NCBI GenBank assembly: GCA_964019335.1
Contig: OZ025648.1
Span: 868,001 to 932,000 of the forward strand
Direction: 5' to 3'
Origin: Diplonema japonicum
Taxonomy: Eukaryota > Protista > Euglenozoa: Diplonemea
DNA length: 64,000 nt
How positions within the stretch are numbered: the first letter of the stretch is position 1; each line of letters begins with the position of its first letter. The notes under the pieces were generated by a model. The model had not been told where the DNA came from. It worked only from the letters and a program-made list of their open reading frames with translations, and did not search any database. The translations under genes were made by a program, and so were the position numbers. Below are positions 57,806 to 64,000 of this stretch, piece by piece.

Positions 57806-58910
57806 GAAACTTGGGCTTTTTTTTTTCTTTTTTTTGGTGGGCCGTTGTTAACCACTTCGTTTCCTATCATTGTGATTTTTTTTTTTTAATTCTTTTTTGC
57901 CAATACTAAAAATCCTAGCCTAAAATTCTTTTTCGGTTGCAAGGCATTCATGCATTTTCTAGTCGAAAAAGCAGTCTTTTTTTTTTTCTTCTTCTTCTTT
58001 TTTTCTTCTCTCTTGCATCATGGAGGTGAAACGTTAAAAAGAAAGTTTTGATGGGGGGGAGGACCCCCCCTTCGTATGATGCACATCCTTACTCGGCACA
58101 AAAAAAGAAATAAAAGTCTATGAACAATGAGCCATAAATGTACCCCTGATTACGGGGCAATTGACTCTAGAAAAAAAAATACCCCCCCCTTGTTTATATT
58201 TCTATTGCAATGCTTGCTGCTACCACTACTTGAATCTGTATTCAGTTGCAAACAAAATAACGAAAACACACAAAAAAAACAAAACAAAAAAAAAATACAA
58301 AGCGAAACAGAAGGAAAAAAAATGAGAACTGTCATTTGTGCCGGGTAAGGAATATTTTCCACTTTTTTTTTTGAATTCTTTCAACGTAACGAACAAACGG
58401 GACCTAACTTCTTTTTTCTTTTTTAAAGAAGAGAAAAAGAATGGGGGGGAGGGGGGAGGGGGCTTTAAGTATTTTAAGTGCAGTGCCAAAAAAGAATGGG
58501 GGGGAGGGGAGTGAAAAAAAAACTCGTGGGGAGTTGAGGACTGATCAGGGATGTGCAGCGGGCCAGAAGATACAAGCTGGTTGTGAATTCTGCATTTTTT
58601 TTTTCTTTTCTTTTTTCTTTTTTTCCACGACGTGTGTTTTTGCAGTCGTTATTGTGAATATTCGTTAAGGATGGGAAAGAAAAGAAGGAAAAAGAAAAGA
58701 AGAAGGGGGGGGGGAACACCGAGACGGGGAAGCGATCAGCTAGTTTAACTTGACACTGACTGGGAGAGAGGTAATGAGCACACAGCCATCTCTGCTTTGC
58801 CACGGGGGTATCATGGGGGATTCTCTTTGGCGGCAGGCAAGGGGTAGGAAGACCTCACCTCTCCTTAATTCCATTATTTATTTATTTTCTCTCGCCTTGG
58901 TGTGGTTTTT

Positions 58911-59017
58911 ACTGTATATGTAAAAAAAAACAAAAAATCACCGGAAGGAAAAATGTCCGAAAGCCCTGGCCGACTGGATGATTTTTCCTTCCGGTAATTT
59001 TTTTTTCGTTTTACAGT
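58911..59017. repeat. palindromic foldback element
   Basis: AAAAAATCACCGGAAGGAAAAAT / ATTTTTCCTTCCGGTAATTTTTT (22/23 complementary); outer ACTGTA/TACAGT. Confidence 0.7.
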
Positions 59018-59028
59018 TTTTTTTTTTA

Positions 59029-59065
59029 AGGCGTCCTGCCACATACCGCAGGTACCCTTAAATGT

Positions 59066-59068
<3 letters not shown>
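59029..59068 (+). repeat. family B 3'-terminus-only copy (diverged)
   Basis: AGGCGTCCTGCCACATACCGCAGGTACCCTT vs AGGCGATCCTGTCACATACTGCAGGTTCCCTT; long T tail. Confidence 0.7.
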
Positions 59069-59100
<32 letters not shown>

Positions 59101-59111
59101 CTCTAACTTAA

Positions 59112-59285
59112 CCTGTTGCACACAGCGCCTCATCATGGATTACAAAGTGGGCATAACCAGTACTCATGCCTACTGAGTTCGAAACTTAGGCTTGTCAAGG
59201 AGGCAAACCCGTTCCATGGAATGCTCCGTGCTACCACCTCGCCCAAAATTACCCTTCAGAGACGAAGGCTGCAGTGTGCATCAGG
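59112..59285. mobile_element. piggyBac-type MITE
   Basis: TTAA on both sides (59108-59111, 59286-59289); ends CCTGTTGCACACAGC / GCAGTGTGCATCAGG form imperfect TIRs starting CC. Confidence 0.7.
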
Positions 59286-60249
59286 TTAAAAGAAAAGGAT
59301 ATGGGGGTGGGTGGGGTGGGTACTTTTTTCTGTTTTATTTACAACCATTAACGTTTTCGTGCTTTTACCGGGCCCTGACTTCAATTTTGGGTGATAAAAA
59401 ACACAAATTGGTTATCGACTAGGATTCCCCCCCCTTTTTTTTTCTTTTGTTTCCACCGCGGGTTTTCGTTCACTTTTTCAGAAAACACCGCTCCCCTTCC
59501 ACTCCAAGGTATCTCTCGATGTGCCAGCTTGGAGTTTGAGAACCACTGTTTCCCAGGACTTGCATCAGGCTTTTCGCAATTCGAAAAACCTTGTTCTTTC
59601 ACTTATGGGCCGAAAAATGGCCCGGTCTTGTTCCTCAGTGAATGCAGGAGCATGCATTCTATTGCAGAACAGCGTGTGCATAGTTTACTGTAAACGGTGG
59701 GTTCAAACTTGGAGTCACCGGAGATTATCAACCCCTTTGAGGAATTACTGAAAACGTTGTGTCCCCTTTTCTTTTAAATGCTTTCCTTCTTCTTCTTTCC
59801 TTCCCCCCCCATCCAACACAAGCAGGTTTGACATAAGGTTACTCCTGTGAATCTGGTTAAAAACTCCCCCAAAGTAATTTGCATGAAAACTAACAACAAA
59901 AAGAGAAAAAAAGGAGACTACAGCATGCTTTGTGCCAGCAAACCAAGGACTTCAACACGGGACCTAATTCGCCAATTTAATTTCCGCTTGGAGGGCCTGT
60001 GGCGCAGCTACTAAATTCGGATACAATAGCCAACACAAACCTAGCGCATGCTGGTACAGCGATCCTTTGCTCCTCACCAGATCCTTTCCCATGTGAAAAC
60101 AGAAGAGTTTCTAAGGCTTTTTTTTTTTGTTGAGTTTTTTTTTTTCTTTTAAACCCTCATTTCTTTTCCCCACTTCTTTACTACACTATTTTAGTCTGCA
60201 AACGACGCCTATGTTGGATTCGCCATCTGCACCCCCTATCCTTTCGTCA

Positions 60250-60321
60250 GCGGTTTTCGTATAGTGGTTAGTACACTTCGTTGTGGCCGAAGAAACCCGA
60301 GTTCGATTCTCGGAAGCCGCT
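60250..60321 (+). tRNA. trnH-GUG: tRNA-His (GTG), intronless
   Basis: Full cloverleaf: acceptor GCGGTTT/AAGCCGC, D arm GTAT..GTAC, anticodon arm CTTCG-TTGTGGC-CGAAG, T arm CCGAG-TTCGATT-CTCGG; T6 follows. Confidence 0.95.
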
Positions 60322-60323
60322 AG

Positions 60324-60329
60324 TTTTTT
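60324..60329 (+). terminator. RNA polymerase III terminator
   Basis: TTTTTT two nt after the tRNA discriminator base. Confidence 0.7.
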
Positions 60330-60350
60330 CATTTAAAAAACCCCCCAGGA

Positions 60351-61994
60351 ATGGTGAAAAATGCACCAGCAGAAAATGCTGTCTCCGTGAGAGCAGGTGT
60401 CACAGTGGTGCCTCCGGGAAATATTCCCTCACCACCCGAAGGTCTAGGGGAATGTGTGAGTTCTCGCGATGCGTTATGGGAACATGTATTCGTATTGGCC
60501 CCCAAGTTAGTGAGGTTTAATAAGAGGAATATGGATGGCATCAGGCATCCGAGGCGATGCCACAAGACATGGGGCGAGCAGTTTTACCCAAGTAAGAGTT
60601 TGAATAAAGAAGTAGAGGGTGGTGAGGACCGAACACGGTGGGCGATTGTGGGAGAGGAACATGCAAAGGCGTTGACAGAAGAACATTCTCGTTTGAAAAG
60701 CGAGATCATGGAATCATTTGAATTCATGACGATATGCAAAAGATGGTGGGTGCGACTCTCGAACGACGTGGATGCAACTTTAGCGGAGAGCTTCGTGCTC
60801 TCGAAGCTAGGGTATTGTTATATTGAAACACGCATGCTGTTTGAATTGTGCGGACCTGTTTCTGTACTGGAGTCTATTGATGCCATGGAGGCAGACTTCC
60901 TCCATGATCGAGACCACACTGACGGCGTAGCGTTTGACCGATACTGCCATTCTCTCTTTGAAGTCATCGACACTTGGACTTCTACCACTGCCCCTGAAGA
61001 GTACATCGCACTTCTTGCCGACCTCTACCTTCGTGTCTTCGAGGAGGATCCCTTGAATGAACTGGACGAAGAGGTCATTGCTCTCCAAAAAGTCGTTGTT
61101 CTCACCGAAGCGGGGCAGCGCAAAAAGATAGCCGAGTGGGAAATGAACCGGCTTGAAAAAAGCTCGAAACGGCACCTACAAACTCAAACTTTGAAAGGGA
61201 CATTGGCGCCCGTGACATCTCCGCTCGATTCCCCATTGGAACGCGTCAAAATGGTGCCCAAAGGACAGAAAAAAGGAATTGCTGGTTTGCTGCCAACGTC
61301 GCCTCAACACAAACCTATCTTTCCAGAATTGGGCGACACAATGTCAAGTGCAGTGAGCAGAGCCACCCTCACACCTGTGGTCCCTTCGTTGCAGCTGTTC
61401 AGTTTGGCAACACCGCCGCAGAAATTAGAAAGACGAGCGTCCCAATCTTTAAGAAGGGGTTCGGTTCTCCGCATGGCCAGTGTGTCCTCATCGACGGGAA
61501 AAGCAATTACCGCAATTAATGGTGTGGCCAAGGAACCGTCTTATGCTGTGTCGGTGCATGAACAGCAAGAAGAAGTTGTATCGCTCCCAATGGTAGACGA
61601 TGAGTTTAAAGACGCGTTTTTCGAACCTTCTCCCCCGTCCAGCTCGGCTCCTAGCGAGTCAACGCGGGTTAAAAAGCACAACGAAGATGTTGAAGCAGCG
61701 CAGATTGCTGTTACAAGGCGAAATGTGTCTCAAAAGAATAAGCCCCGTACACTACCGGTTAAACGTCTTCGAGGCGCTTGGCGGCCTCCTCCATTTATCA
61801 AAGCTGGCCAAGCCAGCTCCAATTGCGAAACTTCCCCCCACGTTACATTGCCTCACAAACTTGGCGGTGTGGGCACCTTCTATTTAGGACGAAAGAAGGT
61901 ACGAAGTTCTGTCAAGGTAATTCCATATGCGACATACCCCCCTGCTGCTGCTGAGCCCGCTTACCCGGACACAATTGGGGATACTTTTAGTTAG
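60351..61994 (+). CDS. hypothetical protein with EF-hand-like segment
   Basis: 547-aa ORF; DFLHDRDHTDGVAFDRYCHSLFEVIDTW; disordered S/P-rich C-terminus. Confidence 0.7.
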   Translation: MVKNAPAENAVSVRAGVTVVPPGNIPSPPEGLGECVSSRDALWEHVFVLAPKLVRFNKRNMDGIRHPRRCHKTWGEQFYPSKSLNKEVEGGEDRTRWAIVGEEHAKALTEEHSRLKSEIMESFEFMTICKRWWVRLSNDVDATLAESFVLSKLGYCYIETRMLFELCGPVSVLESIDAMEADFLHDRDHTDGVAFDRYCHSLFEVIDTWTSTTAPEEYIALLADLYLRVFEEDPLNELDEEVIALQKVVVLTEAGQRKKIAEWEMNRLEKSSKRHLQTQTLKGTLAPVTSPLDSPLERVKMVPKGQKKGIAGLLPTSPQHKPIFPELGDTMSSAVSRATLTPVVPSLQLFSLATPPQKLERRASQSLRRGSVLRMASVSSSTGKAITAINGVAKEPSYAVSVHEQQEEVVSLPMVDDEFKDAFFEPSPPSSSAPSESTRVKKHNEDVEAAQIAVTRRNVSQKNKPRTLPVKRLRGAWRPPPFIKAGQASSNCETSPHVTLPHKLGGVGTFYLGRKKVRSSVKVIPYATYPPAAAEPAYPDTIGDTFS

Positions 61995-62116
61995 TTTTTT
62001 CTTTTTTTTTTTTATGTGTTTTGAAACACTGAAAAATTCTCACCCGTCAAAAGCAAAAAAAACAAAAAAAAACAAAAACAAAAGGAGAAGAAAAAAAAAA
62101 AAGGAAAATAAAGGAA

Positions 62117-63751
62117 ATGGAAGTGCTGTTATTAGCGATGCTTGTTGTAGGGGTGTCCGCTGAGGACGCGTGTTGGGAGGAAAAGAAAAATATGTACATG
62201 TCGTGTTTCGCCGCGGATGACGACACCCAAGGGAGCTTGGACGAGATGCAGAAGAAGTGCATTGATCTGGAAGACGCTTGCTTGGGTGTGACCTGCTCGA
62301 AAGAACAAAAGTGCAGCATGAGACACCACCGCAGGGAGGGCTGTGAGGGAGGCAAGTTCTTAGACGAATCGAAGGTGGAGGAGACCACGTACGTGAAGGT
62401 CTGCAAAGTCAACGAGCACAAGTGGGACATATACCCCCACAAAGTATGTCATTATGTCAAAAACCCTTAAACCAAAACTAAAACCAGTACATCCCATGCT
62501 ACGCCAAAGATGACCAGGAAGTAGGTGAACTTCTTGAGAGGAAGATCCGTTGCTCTGAGATGGGCGATGAATGCGTGGGTGTGACATGCGGCTCGAAGGA
62601 CGGTGGCACCACCACCTTCAACTGCACCGTCCGCGACCACACAGCAGGCTGCAAGGGTGGTCTTGCCGACCCCCTCGCTGACTCGGAGGATGAGGTCTCG
62701 TTCGTCATGGTATGTTGAAACAACCAAAAAAAAAATTATATTTCTTAGGACCCCATTGTGTTCCCCACCACCATACCCGCCACTAACGCACCTCCTATTG
62801 GCGAGTCCTGCCGTTTTGAGGTTCACGACAAGTCCTCCTTCACCTGCAACCCTCCCGATGTTAACGCCAAGAGGATGACCCTAAAGGAGGCGCAGCAGCA
62901 GTGTGTTACCATGAAGGACCCTCAGCAAGGGGGGTTTTGCAACGGTGTTGAGTGCACATCATGGGATGGCGAGCTTGAGACATGCCTCCCGCACATGCAC
63001 TGCGTTGCGGAGGGTCAGCAGATGCTGAAGGTCAGCACAAGCGTGGTCCACATTAAGAAGTGTTCCGACGGGAAATTTTGCACCGACCCGTGCAACGCCA
63101 AGGAAGAGTTCAAAAACCACGTATGCGAGAACGACTGCGACTGTGGAGGCGTCAGGTACTGCTCTGAGTCTGGGTACTGCAAAAACCCCACGGGTCTCTC
63201 ACCATTCGAGGAGCTGTGCATCACGGACCATGATTGCATCTTCGAGAAGCACACAAACAAGTACATGAAGTGTGAAGCCTCCGCTTCCACTGGTAAGGAC
63301 AAGATGACTCTTGAAGAGGCTCAGAAAGTATGCAAAGAGATGAAAGGCCTCTGCGCTGCCGTCACTTGCGTAAAGAATGAGTGTTCTCTGCGTAACCACA
63401 TGTTGGACACGTGTAACGAGCCGCATGGTCTTTTCTTCAACCAAGGTGAGGACACCTATCTGAAATGCTGTGGACCTGAGAAGGAGAAGCGGTGCCCTGG
63501 AGGAACTAGCAGCGGGTCCAGCAATGGCCACACGGGTTTTTTGGTTTTCTTGGTGATTTGTCTCATTGCTGGTGTGGCTGTGCTTGCCTACTGGAACCGC
63601 CAGATGGCCAAGGACTACATAGCCCCAAACACCTTTAATGCTGTTCCTCAGGACGAGGAGGTGTGTACTTTTTTTTTTTTCTCACTTCCACAAAATATGA
63701 CAGGCTGACAACAACTGGGTGATTGATGACACTAAGGAAGACGACGAGTAG
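62117..63751 (+). CDS. Cys-rich type I surface protein with four internal repeats
   Basis: Signal peptide, four C...[KM]Y..C...L.E....C......C.[GA]V.C units, TM FLVFLVICLIAGVAVLAYW, acidic tail. Introns 62444-62487, 62710-62748, 63661-63703. Confidence 0.8.
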
Positions 63752-63906
63752 GTAGGGTTATTCTCTCAGAAAAGTTTTTGTCACCCCCCCCCCCCCCTTG
63801 CCCCTCTTCTTTTTTTTTCTTTTCTTTTTGTGTTCTTTCCTTTTATCCGTTGCTTTCTACCCTATCTTCGAATGAGAAAAAAAAAAGAAGAAAAGAGGGA
63901 ACCACC

Positions 63907-64000
63907 ATGCTGTGGCCTCTGGGGGAGGAAAAAGAAAATATTGTGAGCATCACAGAATCCTCAAAGTAAAACGCTGGAAAGAAAAATAGAAAGGGACCAA
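63907..64000 (+). CDS. possible start of next gene (3'-partial)
   Basis: ACCACCATG after T- and A-tracts, as for the other genes; too short to verify. Confidence 0.25.

Noticed and set aside
59820-60180. snRNA/7SL gene head-to-head with the tRNA, as in trypanosomatids
   Set aside because: I could not recognise U2, U6, U3, SL or 7SL motifs on either strand; an Infernal search would be needed.
1-64000. All minus-strand ORFs and poly-K/F/G/P ORFs in the supplied track (e.g. 16651-17970, 47706-48785, 209-799)
   Set aside because: They are antisense shadows of real + strand genes or translations of homopolymer spacers, with no domain motifs.
1-64000. Alternative genetic code or programmed frameshifting to explain broken ORFs
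   Set aside because: TAA, TAG and TGA all end conserved proteins at expected places, and nearly every break is resolved by a short GT-AG intron (the 31165 gene end stays ambiguous).

Overview
Gene-dense eukaryotic (protist) nuclear DNA. About 29-30 protein-coding genes and one tRNA-His gene all lie on the + strand, separated by short spacers made of T-, A-, C- and G-homopolymers. The one-strand layout, GTATG splice donors, a U73 tRNA-His and certain protein repeats suggest a euglenozoan (diplonemid-like) genome; this is inference. Recognisable genes: beta-adaptin (3' end), RTRAF/C14orf166, TRAPPC10, casein kinase 1, a large LRR protein, a CLC transporter, GH2 beta-mannosidase, GT8, a mitochondrial carrier, STT3, a 2H phosphoesterase, a GT2-like/GT4 protein, PhoD, LSM6 and a PTEN/C2-formin. 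I rebuilt 35 tiny (31-73 nt) GT-AG introns by hand. Two features stand out. (1) Every intron lies within about 1.4 kb of its gene's stop codon, while about 17 kb of coding DNA further upstream has none, the reverse of the usual 5' bias. (2) Many introns are mostly poly(A), with no polypyrimidine tract and AAG acceptors. The spacers also hold several families of 5'-truncated retroposon-like 3' ends. These all point the same way as the genes, end in a stem-loop plus a T-tail rather than an A-tail, and sit in T-tracts. Foldback/TIR elements, including a piggyBac-type MITE, cluster in the gene-free stretch before the tRNA. Homopolymer lengths may carry sequencing error.
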